NCBI GenBank assembly: GCA_041753395.1
Contig: JBGSUQ010000001.1
Span: 221,948-285,947 of the forward strand
Source of the DNA: Spirochaetota bacterium
GTDB lineage: Bacteria; Spirochaetota; UBA4802; UBA5550
DNA length: 64,000 bases
Direction: 5' to 3'
The translations under genes and the position numbers were made by a program. This document shows positions 1 through 9,021 of this stretch, one piece after another. Within the stretch, counting starts at the first letter, position 1. Each line of letters begins with the position of its first letter. The notes below the pieces were generated by a model. It did not search any database, had not been told where the DNA came from, and saw nothing but the letters and a program-made list of their open reading frames with translations.

Positions 1-555
1 ATGGGGACCGCCCGGAGTGGTATGGAATCAACCGATGTCCAGAGAAGGGCCATGGGCACCAGGGATATCGCGCAGAGGGGCGCATAGATGGCAACATTGA
101 CCCAGTTGGGCGATATCAGGTGCCTGAGTTTGAGAGCAATGCCCAGCAGCGCGAAGAGCCACACGGCGCCCAGGACCGCCCATCGTATCCCGCCCGGCGC
201 GTATATATAGAGGGGGCCCACGTAGGAGCCGGCTATCATGACAAAAATGGCGCAGTGGTCCAGCTTGAGCCAGAGGCTTTGTTCATCTTCATCGATTTTA
301 TTCGCATGGTATAGAGAACTTGAGGCGAAGAGGAACAGATAGGAAAGGGCTGTGAAGCATACCGCCAGGGCAAGGCTTCCGTCAAAGTCGATGGCAATGA
401 TATAGAACACAATTGCCAGGATAACGCTGGCGACAGCGCCGGCGCAATGGGTCAGGGAATTGAACAGCTCATTTTTTTGTATGGCCATGACCGGCATGAT
501 CCCGTTGACAGCATAGGAATGACCGGAAGAGAGTTTCCGGTAGAACTGGCACATT
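1..555 (-). CDS. Partial hemolysin III (HlyIII/PAQR) family membrane protein. The 5' end is in the window and the 3' end runs off the window edge at position 1.
   Basis: Manual translation of the minus strand from ATG 555 gives MCQFYRKLSSGH...LTHCAGAV...SSSLYHANKIDEDEQ... with several hydrophobic helices. The LTH and SxxYH motifs are typical of the HlyIII family. There is no stop codon before position 1, so the CDS is truncated by the window. It is absent from the ORF track, presumably for that reason. Confidence 0.55.
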
Positions 556-611
556 AGTTTTACAAGTGTTAAATTTTGTCAATTATTTTATCAGCAGCCT
601 GAAACGACTTA

Positions 612-1709
612 TCAGACGTGAAACAAACCGGTTTTATAGCAGAATGCAAGGGCAGAACATATCAGTAGTATGATCAATACCACAAATATGATGACCATGA
701 AGTCCCTTCTCAGCACCAGGATGGTTGAATAATTTGAAACAATCCGGGAAGGCCGCACCGTGCCGGTTATATATACCTGCTCCATGAGCCGATTTATTTC
801 CCCGGCCATGGCCGCTTTCCATGCCCTGCCGATCCCGGCCTTTGCCACGCTGGGGTCACCACTGTAGGTATAGCGCTCTTTCTTCTGGTCGTACATCCTA
901 TCCGCTGTCGCGAGTATCCTGAAACCCTCCACCAGGGGAAGCCCGAGGACCTTCATGACACTGCTCAGGACCGGGAGCTTCCGGGCAAAGGGCTCCAGTA
1001 TCCGCGCCCATTTTTTTGAATTTTCGCTCATGGTGATCATGGATGACTTGTAATTACGGTAATCGCCCGAAACCAGGGACGGGCTTTCCGCCAGGACGAT
1101 CGATGTTTCCCATCCGCCGGCATGCTCAAGGTCGGTAAGTCCCTCCCTTTCCCGGTCTGTCAGTTTCCTGCCCAGTTCCCGCTCCACGAGGGGGAACTTC
1201 TTCCCGAAGATGAAGTCCTGGAAAACGCGGACCCCCGGTGAAATCATCCTCATCTTATACTTCCGGTTGCATGTTCTGCACGCGTCATCAAGTGCCAGGT
1301 TGTGCTTCAGGCCTCCATGGCCGTTGGTCAGGACAAGGTTCTTAAAGCCGTACCGCCACAGGGACCAGGCGTATTCCTTGAGGGCGCGGTACACGGTTTT
1401 TCGAGAAAACTCGATGCTGCCCGGCAGGGGCAGCTCGTCAGTGCCGATATTCAGGAGCGGCATCAGAACAACCTTCCAGTCCTTATGGTTCCGCGCGAAC
1501 ATGGCGCCGGTCTCCTCGGCAATCACCACTGACGAGGTCATATCGGTGTCATTGGGCAGATGGTAGCCGTGGACCTCAAGGGAGCTGACCGGAAGGATAA
1601 ATAGCGTCTTTTCACGGTCCAGCTTATCGAAATCCTCAAGCCTGCACCAGGCGGCCCGGATCAGGTTTTTCGGATTTTTATCAGCGGCTTTTCTTCTTTT
1701 ATTAACCAT
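612..1709 (-). CDS. Creatininase-family amidohydrolase with a C-terminal hydrophobic (TM) tail
   Basis: 365 aa. The N-terminal region reads LFILPVSSLEVHGYHLPNDTD...LVLTNGHGG, matching the creatininase / creatinine amidohydrolase fold signature. The C-terminus (VIIFVVLIILLICSALAF) looks like a membrane anchor. An AGGA-like SD precedes the ATG. Confidence 0.65.
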   Translation of the reverse strand: MVNKRRKAADKNPKNLIRAAWCRLEDFDKLDREKTLFILPVSSLEVHGYHLPNDTDMTSSVVIAEETGAMFARNHKDWKVVLMPLLNIGTDELPLPGSIEFSRKTVYRALKEYAWSLWRYGFKNLVLTNGHGGLKHNLALDDACRTCNRKYKMRMISPGVRVFQDFIFGKKFPLVERELGRKLTDREREGLTDLEHAGGWETSIVLAESPSLVSGDYRNYKSSMITMSENSKKWARILEPFARKLPVLSSVMKVLGLPLVEGFRILATADRMYDQKKERYTYSGDPSVAKAGIGRAWKAAMAGEINRLMEQVYITGTVRPSRIVSNYSTILVLRRDFMVIIFVVLIILLICSALAFCYKTGLFHV

Positions 1710-2055
1710 TGTTCCTGCCTGGCAGTGAAATCTTTATAAATCAATCTCGAAATTATGAAAGGAGATTGCTGTAAAATGATATAATATGTCAAGTAATGTT
1801 GGGATAAACGATGGAGTATCCCACTGTTGGCATTTTCGGCAGGGAGTTACCCCTACAAAGCCGCTCACATGCCTCCTGCCCTACTCGGCACTCCTGCCGT
1901 TTAGGCAGCTTCAGTGACATGGATACAAGGCTGAGAAAGCATCAGAAAAACGAGCCGTGGTTCGACAGGCTCACCAACCGAACAGTCTTAAACGGTTACC
2001 GAGTGAAGTCGAGGCATCCACAGGCCATGAGGCTTTTTTCTGATGCGTCTACGAA

Positions 2056-3675
2056 TCATCCAACGCTGATACCGTTGTCGCCCTTGACGAGACTGCAGTT
2101 CTGGGAGACAACCTTCCCTCCCAGGAAAACCAGCTTGATGTCCCTGAAAGCTTTTATATCAGCGAGGGGATTGTCCTTCATCACGATGATATCAGCCAGC
2201 TTGCCCGTGTCAATCGAGCCGATCTCCTGCTCCATGCCCATGATCTTCGCATTGTTCAGGGTTGCGCACCGCACGATCTCGGCGTTGGTAAAGCCGAGCC
2301 TGGAGTACATCTCCATCTCCCTCCAAAGGGTGCCATGGTAGTTCCACGGCACGCCGGAATCGGTACCGCAGCCGATCAGTATCCCCGCGCTCCTCATCTT
2401 CTGAACATTTTTTACACCGTAAATCATGTAATTAAAGAAGGGATAGGGATCGACGGCAAGTTTATTGATCCGAAACATGTGTTCATAATCATAATTATAT
2501 TTCTTGAACCAGGCCTGCGCCTCAACATTGGTCTCATGGATACTCGGGACAACGTCTCTGGCGGTGATGGAATTCCAGTAGGCCTCCCGTATCTTTATTT
2601 CATTCATTATAAAGTCGGTCTTGTACTGCTGGGGGAACACGCCGAATGACGAAGTACAGGCATACAGGTTGCCTAGCACCACCGTGGGAATGATGGCCAT
2701 ATTTTTCTTTCCCATAGTGTTGATATCGGCATCGCTGATATATCCGTCGCACACAACATGCTCCAGGGAACGGAACGGATACTGCAGCGCCCTCTTGAAA
2801 GCCTGCAGCGTCATGTTATGCAGCGCCACCGGCAGGTTGTTCTTCTGGGCATAATCGAAGATATATTTCAGTTCTTCATCGCTGAAGACCGGCAGTTCAA
2901 TTTTTTTCCCTGCGACAAGGGGCTTCATGTCCATGCTCGATACTTTTATCAATCCGGCATTCTTGATGTTCGCCCGGATTTTTTCCCGTAGATCGTTCAT
3001 GCCGGTGACTTTAGTGGAAAGCTTTCCCGCTCCAAGAATCGAAGTGAAGAGCCCTCCGAGAGGGTGCAGGTCCTTCTCATCGATTTCGATGTACCCCCCC
3101 TTTACCGACAGGAATGCATTGCTGTACATGACCCTCGGCCCCGGAAAATTCCCCCGTTCGCTCTGGCCTATATAGTCCTTCAGAAGCCCGGGATATCCAC
3201 CCATATCGCGCACGGTCGTTATTCCATGCTCGATGTTGAGGGAAAAATTCCGCTTCATCTGCGTCAGCAGATCCATGGCCCTGCTGATGCTTTTCAGAAA
3301 ACTGCCGGCAGGTATGGTGAGATGACAATGCCCGTTGATAAGTCCCGGCATCACATACTGGTTCTTCAAATCAAAGACTTCCGCGTTTCTGTTTTCTGTC
3401 ATGGCCGCGGAGCTCACTGCGGTGATTCTCCCGGTATTAATACGAATAGTTCCGTTGTTGATTGTCCTTCCGGTTTTAACATCAACTATCCGGCAATTGA
3501 CGAGCCTGATCTCTTTCTTGTAATCAACCTTCGGCATGTCTTTGACAAGGGTAGTCGATGAGCAACCGGTAAGGCTGGTTATGACATAGGGACCAACAGC
3601 CGCTGCGGCCACAGCAGAGGCCGTTGTTCTGGCCGTCATCTTTAAGAAGTCTTTGCGAGATAAATCTTTCATCAC
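2056..3675 (-). CDS. Secreted metal-dependent amidohydrolase (amidohydrolase_1 superfamily) with a Tat-like signal peptide and lipobox
   Basis: 539 aa. The N-terminus (SRKDFLKMTARTTASAVAAAA...LTGCSS) has a twin-arginine-like RK motif and a lipobox Cys. PGLINGHCHL gives the HxH metal-binding motif of amidohydrolases. The likely true start is ATG 3672, with a GGGGGA SD 8 nt upstream. Confidence 0.75.
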   Translation of the reverse strand: MMKDLSRKDFLKMTARTTASAVAAAAVGPYVITSLTGCSSTTLVKDMPKVDYKKEIRLVNCRIVDVKTGRTINNGTIRINTGRITAVSSAAMTENRNAEVFDLKNQYVMPGLINGHCHLTIPAGSFLKSISRAMDLLTQMKRNFSLNIEHGITTVRDMGGYPGLLKDYIGQSERGNFPGPRVMYSNAFLSVKGGYIEIDEKDLHPLGGLFTSILGAGKLSTKVTGMNDLREKIRANIKNAGLIKVSSMDMKPLVAGKKIELPVFSDEELKYIFDYAQKNNLPVALHNMTLQAFKRALQYPFRSLEHVVCDGYISDADINTMGKKNMAIIPTVVLGNLYACTSSFGVFPQQYKTDFIMNEIKIREAYWNSITARDVVPSIHETNVEAQAWFKKYNYDYEHMFRINKLAVDPYPFFNYMIYGVKNVQKMRSAGILIGCGTDSGVPWNYHGTLWREMEMYSRLGFTNAEIVRCATLNNAKIMGMEQEIGSIDTGKLADIIVMKDNPLADIKAFRDIKLVFLGGKVVSQNCSLVKGDNGISVG

Positions 3676-3772
3676 TTAATCCCCCAATCCTAACAATTCT
3701 TATTTTTTATGATTCTGTTATGGAATATACCATCCAGACGGTTTGTATATACACCATTTGCTTATTCTTTGT

Positions 3773-3990
3773 CTGGCCAAGTTTAGATTCCATCTAATTT
3801 TGGCGTTAAAACTTACCGGATGTACAAAAAAATTTAACTGCTGAAATAAAACAACCGGGGGGGCAGAGTAAATTATCTAGAGTAAAAGGGAGGAGACAGA
3901 GCACCAAAGCTCATAACAAATTCCATTTAACCATTGGGAACACGGGTTCCTGGCCAAGTTCAGATATCATCCATTTTTGGCGTAACAACT
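3773..3990. repeat. Two copies of a ~42 bp direct repeat (ctggccaagtt[tc]agat..tttttggcgtta[a]aac), at 3773-3814 and 3949-3990, in the divergent intergenic region
   Basis: The copies are about 85% identical and lie 177 bp apart, between the amidohydrolase start (3675) and the lipocalin-like gene (4210). The 61-aa antisense ORF overlapping copy 2 is judged spurious. Confidence 0.5.
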
Positions 3991-4209
3991 AACAAATTGC
4001 GTAAACAATTTTTATCTTTCCAAGCAAAATGATTGGGGGCCAGAGCAACTGCTTCAGGTGGTACTATTGTATTATTATTCTCACTGAATGTCAAACATAC
4101 AAACAATGATTTTGAAATGTATTGACAAAAACCCATCATTCGCAAATATTTTTAAATTCAGGGTATCCTCATAAGGAAAATAGCCGCATACTGCAGAAAC
4201 GGAGGGTCT

Positions 4210-4545
4210 ATGAAAAATATTTCTGTATTAACCATAATAATTTCCAGCCTGCTCATGATAGGATCTGCCTATGGCCAGACGGATTACAGCACGATTATCA
4301 TCGGCAGCTGGAAATTTGACATGGGTGCCGGGATCATGGCTACGATAGAATATAAGAAAGATGGTTCCTTTCAGCAAAAGGTTGATGAGATGATAATTGG
4401 AGGCACCTACAGGATAAAAGGAACAAAACTGAAAACCGTCTCCCGGGGCCACACTACGTTGTTCACCATTGTTTCCCTCGTCGATAAGGAATTAACAATA
4501 AAAAGAGACAAAGACGGACGCACAATAGTCTACATCAGGCAGTGA
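4210..4545 (+). CDS. Small secreted lipocalin-like / beta-barrel protein (paralog 1 of 2)
   Basis: 111 aa with a signal peptide (LLMIGSAYG). A GGAGGG SD precedes it. It is about 45-50% identical to the ORF at 5451..5786, sharing IIGSWKFD / IIGTWSFD, TIEYKKDGS / TVEYKSDGS and KRDKDG.TVVY. Confidence 0.6.
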   Translation: MKNISVLTIIISSLLMIGSAYGQTDYSTIIIGSWKFDMGAGIMATIEYKKDGSFQQKVDEMIIGGTYRIKGTKLKTVSRGHTTLFTIVSLVDKELTIKRDKDGRTIVYIRQ

Positions 4546-4564
4546 TTGAAAACGCATCATAACA

Positions 4565-5335
4565 ATGCTTGACCAGATTATAATAAATATCATCAACACC
4601 GGAGAAGAAAATGAAGAGGAAGGCCAAATCCGGTATCATTCTCCTTCACTGGATTACATGCGGCAGCTATTCTCAATCGAGGAGTTGTCACCAGCCCTTC
4701 CGGTAATGCCCTTCTTCATCGATGATTCCCCTGAACTAAGCCCAATCGAAATTATCGAGAAAAATCCGCTGCACCCCAATGGCGCAAATGACCCATACCC
4801 CCTGACGGTTACCATAGATCCGGGCTACTCTTTTGGAGATGGCCGCCATGCCACCACATGGCTCTGTGTAAAATACCTTGTGGAATTTCTTGCAGAAATA
4901 CCCGGAGTAACGCGTTCCAGGTTATCGCTGCTGGATGCCGGTACCGGAACCGGCGTTCTTTCAATTACCGCGGCCAGGCTCGGGATCCGCGACATCGACG
5001 CCATTGACATATACCACCACGCAGTACAGTGCGCGAGCAACAACTGCGCCATTAATGATTGCGGATGGATCAGGCTGCACGAGTCGGACATCTCTGCCTT
5101 CAATCGGCTACGGACCTATGATATCATCATGGCCAACCTTGTTTCTGATGTTATCATAGAAAACCTGAAAGCGCTGATACAACTTACCACACCGGGAGGA
5201 GTGATCATTGCAAGCGGTGTAAGCGGCGGAAAATATGAAATCATACTGAATCATTTCAGAACGGCAGGACTGGATCTTATTGATTACACCCACCGGGATG
5301 GCTGGTATGGTTTTCTCCTGAGGCGGCGCCCCTGA
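4565..5335 (+). CDS. PrmA-like SAM-dependent methyltransferase (ribosomal protein L11 methyltransferase family)
   Basis: 256 aa. IDPGYSFGDGRHATTWLCVKYL matches the PrmA box. LDAGTGTGVLSITAARLG is the SAM-binding motif I. DIIMANL is the post-motif typical of PrmA. Confidence 0.6.
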   Translation: MLDQIIINIINTGEENEEEGQIRYHSPSLDYMRQLFSIEELSPALPVMPFFIDDSPELSPIEIIEKNPLHPNGANDPYPLTVTIDPGYSFGDGRHATTWLCVKYLVEFLAEIPGVTRSRLSLLDAGTGTGVLSITAARLGIRDIDAIDIYHHAVQCASNNCAINDCGWIRLHESDISAFNRLRTYDIIMANLVSDVIIENLKALIQLTTPGGVIIASGVSGGKYEIILNHFRTAGLDLIDYTHRDGWYGFLLRRRP

Positions 5336-5450
5336 TAGCCCGGACATGGCAATAAAAATATTGACACATCGTGATATGTTACATACATTTCCGGTTGATA
5401 TCCGGTTTCATTATCCGGCATTTCATACAACCATCTGAGAAGGAGATACC

Positions 5451-5786
5451 ATGAAAAAAACAGGCGTTCTTTTCGCATTAGCGGCCGGTATGCTGCTAGT
5501 CACCATTGCCTTTGCCAAGACCGATTTCAGTAAAACAATCATCGGGACATGGAGCTTCGACCTGGGCGGCGGCTTCATGTCAACCGTGGAATATAAAAGC
5601 GACGGGTCCCTGATCCAGAAAATGGGTGACCTCACCATGTCCGGGACGTACAAGGTGGAGGGGAACAAGATGACCACAACCGTTAACGGACAGATCACCG
5701 TGTTCACCATCATATCAGGGGACGAATCCGCTTTAACCGTGAAACGGGATAAAGACGGAAAAACTGTCGTTTACAAGAAACAATAG
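5451..5786 (+). CDS. Small secreted lipocalin-like protein (paralog 2 of 2)
   Basis: 111 aa with a signal peptide and an AGGAGA SD. Paralogous to 4210..4545. Confidence 0.6.
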   Translation: MKKTGVLFALAAGMLLVTIAFAKTDFSKTIIGTWSFDLGGGFMSTVEYKSDGSLIQKMGDLTMSGTYKVEGNKMTTTVNGQITVFTIISGDESALTVKRDKDGKTVVYKKQ

Positions 5787-5908
5787 TTATTTATAACAAA
5801 TCCTCCAAGGGTCAGAGTTAACTGCTCTTCCCCCGTTTTAATGCCGGAACGCAGGCTGCCGATGCCTTACATAATGGCTTGCGTCAAAGCGCGAGATGAT
5901 GTCGTATA

Positions 5909-6886
5909 ATGATACTTAAAAAAATCATGGAAAAACGATATAAACTATTATTAATAGCCGCAGGGTCGATAACAGCGGTCATTATCATCATTTTCCTGCT
6001 TACGAATAATCAGCTTCCTGATTCAGCCGGTATCATAGATAAAAAATACCGGATCACGCAGCAGCACTACTGGAGCTCGTTAACTACCGGATACAGATTC
6101 GACAACAGAGCCGTAGAAACCTACTTTAAAAATGATATCGCAAACAATCATACCCTTGACTTTTTCAGCTATTGCCAGAGCAGATTCAAGGATATGGAGT
6201 ACAGCGAACACATGCAGGCCGTCCGTAAGTATCTGCATGATACTATCCAGCCTCCCGAAAAGGCCGAACAGATATATGAACTGTACGGAAAATACAACGA
6301 GTACCAGAAAGAGCTTTACCTCGACCAGAAACGCTGGGCTGGAAGCGGAACCCCCGAGGAAATGCTGGAGAACCTGCGCAAAATCCAGGATTTCAGGCGT
6401 CAGCACTTCGGAGAGAATACCGCTGACTCTATCTTCGGCGTTGAAGTAAAAAGCAATGAATACGCCCTGAGGAAGCAGATAATTATCGGCGACACCGGTA
6501 TGACCGGAAGAGAGAAAGAAGAACGGCTCGCCTCGCTGCGCTGCAACATGTGGGGGGACCAGGCAGAAACCGTAGATGACCGCCAGGCTCTCCTGGACCG
6601 TTACAATGAAAAACTGAAAATCCACGAAGCGGACCTTGCCGGCATGAGTAAAGAAGACCGGGAACGTAAAATCAGTGAATTCCGACGCCGGATATTCACG
6701 CCTGAAGAAGCCGAGCGCATGGATAATGCCGATCGCCAGCTCAAATACATCCGGGAGAGGGACATCGAATACTCCAGGCTCAGCAGGGCCATTCTTGACA
6801 ATAATGATCTTTCAGAACAGGAAAAAAACCGGAAAATCATGGAGCTCCACAACAAGCTATACGGTGGATCGGGAAAAACACCGTGA
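5909..6886 (+). CDS. Membrane-anchored Glu/Lys/Arg-rich helical protein, possible lipase-specific foldase (Lif-like)
   Basis: 325 aa. It has an N-terminal TM anchor followed by a long, highly charged helical region with a LDFFSYCQSRF motif resembling the Lif RxxFDY(F/C)L(S/T)A box. It is convergent with a family I-type lipase gene 110 bp away. A TATAAT hexamer sits at 5896-5901 just upstream. Confidence 0.45.
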   Translation: MILKKIMEKRYKLLLIAAGSITAVIIIIFLLTNNQLPDSAGIIDKKYRITQQHYWSSLTTGYRFDNRAVETYFKNDIANNHTLDFFSYCQSRFKDMEYSEHMQAVRKYLHDTIQPPEKAEQIYELYGKYNEYQKELYLDQKRWAGSGTPEEMLENLRKIQDFRRQHFGENTADSIFGVEVKSNEYALRKQIIIGDTGMTGREKEERLASLRCNMWGDQAETVDDRQALLDRYNEKLKIHEADLAGMSKEDRERKISEFRRRIFTPEEAERMDNADRQLKYIRERDIEYSRLSRAILDNNDLSEQEKNRKIMELHNKLYGGSGKTP

Positions 6887-6937
6887 AAAACCGACTGACA
6901 GGCACAAACAGCCCTCCCCACATTGCCGTTGACGAAA

Positions 6938-6966
6938 TAAAAAAGGCGCTTGCGGAACATGCGCCT
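6938..6966 (-). terminator. Rho-independent terminator for the lipase gene (GGCGC..GCGCC stem plus T-run on the minus strand)
   Basis: The minus-strand read is gttacaGGCGCatgttccgcaaGCGCCttttttatttc, downstream of the lipase stop (6996), in a convergent junction. Confidence 0.55.
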
Positions 6967-6995
6967 GTAACTATCAGAAGTTGATAATCGGAAAT

Positions 6996-8222
6996 TTACA
7001 TGCCTTCATTCTCGAGGAGTCTTACTATATCCTTGTAAAATTTCTTGGTGTCAAATCCGGGATGAAAACCCATGAGCTGGTTAACCAGCGTCCAATGATC
7101 GACGCCGACAGTCCCTATGATCGGGATGTATCCCTGGAGGTGCTCCATAAAGCGCCATGATCCATATTGTTCGCCACTTCCCGGGACCCACTCGGCGCTC
7201 TGCCTCGGCACAACTCCGTCATTGGGGTTCTTTCCATTGTATTTCGGGTCACTGTTGACGATGGCCCACAACGGCAGTATGATCAGGGCATTCAGGTTGG
7301 GCGCCGCTCCGGGGACAGTAGCCGAATAAGTGTAGACCTTGATATGAGGCGTCTTGCGGCCGATTTTATCGATGAGGGGATTGAAGGTATCGCGCATATA
7401 TGGCTCGCTGCAATCATTCGTGGCAGCGGTGAAATCATTGCCTACCTGGCCGGCAAGGAGTCCCGCCCAGATATTTTCAAACACCCATTTCGCAATCGCG
7501 TCAATCGGTTTTGTTTCAATGGCCCACTGGGCAATGTAGGTGCCGTTATTCGGCGTGCTTATCATTACTATGGATGCGACAAAACGGGAAGCGGGAATGA
7601 GGGGCGCCGTGCAGGCATCGTCATACCGCGGGTCCGCAATGCTGAGGACTTTCACCATATAGCGGGCATTGATGCCGCCCTGGGAATGGCACAGGAGGTT
7701 GAACTTCAGGTCTGACATATCCACATCCCGTGGAGCTATCCCCTTTGCCGTCGCTATTTCCCGGACCTTTTTGTACAGCAGCGTGTACAGCTCGTCCCTG
7801 AGTTCTGCCGCTCGGACATGGTGTGTTGTAAAACAATTAAGGTCGGCTACGTAGGTTTCCCGGCCGGCATCGGTCAGGGCGCTCTTGAGCTGCCAGAAGT
7901 AATCAATGACATTTATGAATTTTTCAGTGCCGGCCCAGCCGGGGACAAGGATTACCGGATAACGCATATCCTTAACCACGATATTCTCTGTTTCAGGAAT
8001 AACAATAGCTCCGTCAAGAGGACTAACCGGCCAGTCGGTATTATCATTATCGCCAGAAGACCCATCGATAGATGGACCACCGGTATTTCCGGTATCAACT
8101 GTTTCAGCTGATCCGGCGGCAAACATATTCATAAGTGATGATTTTTCGTCATTAGAATCACAAGCGAGAAAAAAACAGAGGCAAATACAGTAAATTGAAA
8201 GGATAACCAGTTTGCGCATCAT
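6996..8222 (-). CDS. Secreted triacylglycerol lipase (alpha/beta hydrolase, lipase family I-like) lipoprotein
   Basis: 408 aa. The N-terminus has a signal peptide plus lipobox (FFLAC). VILVPGWAG is the oxyanion region. LLCHSQGGINARYM gives the GHSQG nucleophile elbow typical of Pseudomonas/Burkholderia-type lipases. An AGGAGAAAT SD precedes it. Confidence 0.75.
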   Translation of the reverse strand: MMRKLVILSIYCICLCFFLACDSNDEKSSLMNMFAAGSAETVDTGNTGGPSIDGSSGDNDNTDWPVSPLDGAIVIPETENIVVKDMRYPVILVPGWAGTEKFINVIDYFWQLKSALTDAGRETYVADLNCFTTHHVRAAELRDELYTLLYKKVREIATAKGIAPRDVDMSDLKFNLLCHSQGGINARYMVKVLSIADPRYDDACTAPLIPASRFVASIVMISTPNNGTYIAQWAIETKPIDAIAKWVFENIWAGLLAGQVGNDFTAATNDCSEPYMRDTFNPLIDKIGRKTPHIKVYTYSATVPGAAPNLNALIILPLWAIVNSDPKYNGKNPNDGVVPRQSAEWVPGSGEQYGSWRFMEHLQGYIPIIGTVGVDHWTLVNQLMGFHPGFDTKKFYKDIVRLLENEGM

Positions 8223-8386
8223 TGGATTTCTCCTACATCTAAGTATGATAATGGTAAAACCAACCAGACGGCTTTATTGTTTATAGGCTGAATATACACA
8301 AATTCAAGAATGATTGTCTCGCCATAATTAGATTAATACTGAAAATGGCTTTTACCGATTGGGGGAAAGAACTTCAGAACTACCAT

Positions 8387-8429
8387 GCTTATCTGCCAAA
8401 AACAGATCGATCTTATTTTGGCAGATAAG
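8387..8429. promoter_or_regulatory. 15-bp perfect inverted repeat (gcttatctgccaaaa / ttttggcagataagc) with a 13-nt palindromic loop
   Basis: Read directly from the sequence. It lies between the ferritin-like gene stop (8483) and the lipase start (8222). No T-run follows on either strand, so it is not a canonical terminator. Confidence 0.4.
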
Positions 8430-8482
8430 CACGGGGAATGAATTTCCTGTCGGCAATATCGAGGGAGAAGAGCGGGAGAAAT

Positions 8483-8959
8483 CTATTTTTGCAAGGAAAC
8501 AAACTCCTTACTAAGCATTATTATATGCTTCTTTTCCTGATTGATGATGGTATCGATTTTATCTTTACCGAGTTTTTCCGGCACCAGGTCTTTCATGCCA
8601 ATATAGAAAACGATTGAATCCTTTTCAGCCGTTATCGCCGATGTCAATATTCCTTCAATCGAGGACGTATCAATTCCTTTCTGATAGAAAACGCGCAGGT
8701 CCGCTAAAGACTTGAGATAAAGAACCGATTCCTCGTTCGGGTCAAAAACAGTCGGTTTCTTTTCTTTATCGGAAAGCGCCGCCCGCATATCTGCAAAGGT
8801 CTTTTTATGGAAGACTTCCATTGTGGACAGGTCCAGCAGGAATTTCTTATAATATGAATCGGTAATCATCTCAGCAGACTTCCGGTAAAATTCCGCTCCG
8901 TTTTCCTCGATCTGCTCCGCTATTTTGTATATATCATCAGCATTAAAATCAAACACCAT
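8483..8959 (-). CDS. Ferritin-like / rubrerythrin-like domain protein
   Basis: 158 aa. DIYKIAEQIEENGAEFYRKSAE and AITAEKDSIVFYIGM resemble the two halves of the rubrerythrin / ferritin-like four-helix-bundle diiron motif. Confidence 0.45.
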   Translation of the reverse strand: MVFDFNADDIYKIAEQIEENGAEFYRKSAEMITDSYYKKFLLDLSTMEVFHKKTFADMRAALSDKEKKPTVFDPNEESVLYLKSLADLRVFYQKGIDTSSIEGILTSAITAEKDSIVFYIGMKDLVPEKLGKDKIDTIINQEKKHIIMLSKEFVSLQK

Positions 8960-9021
8960 GGCGACTGCCTCCTCGTCATTATGTAGTGTTTTCCAGCTTC
9001 ATCAGGGCAACCCGGATCCTG

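Noticed and set aside
120-314. 64-aa plus-strand ORF at the window start
   Set aside because: It overlaps the HlyIII-family CDS on the opposite strand, which has clear family motifs. It has no SD or other support.
3729-3742. Interpreting CCGTCTGG as the -10 (CGTCT) of an ECF-sigma promoter
   Set aside because: No GGAAC-like -35 element lies 16-17 nt upstream in either copy, so an ECF sigma-E/W-type promoter is not supported. It is kept only as a shared motif of unknown role.
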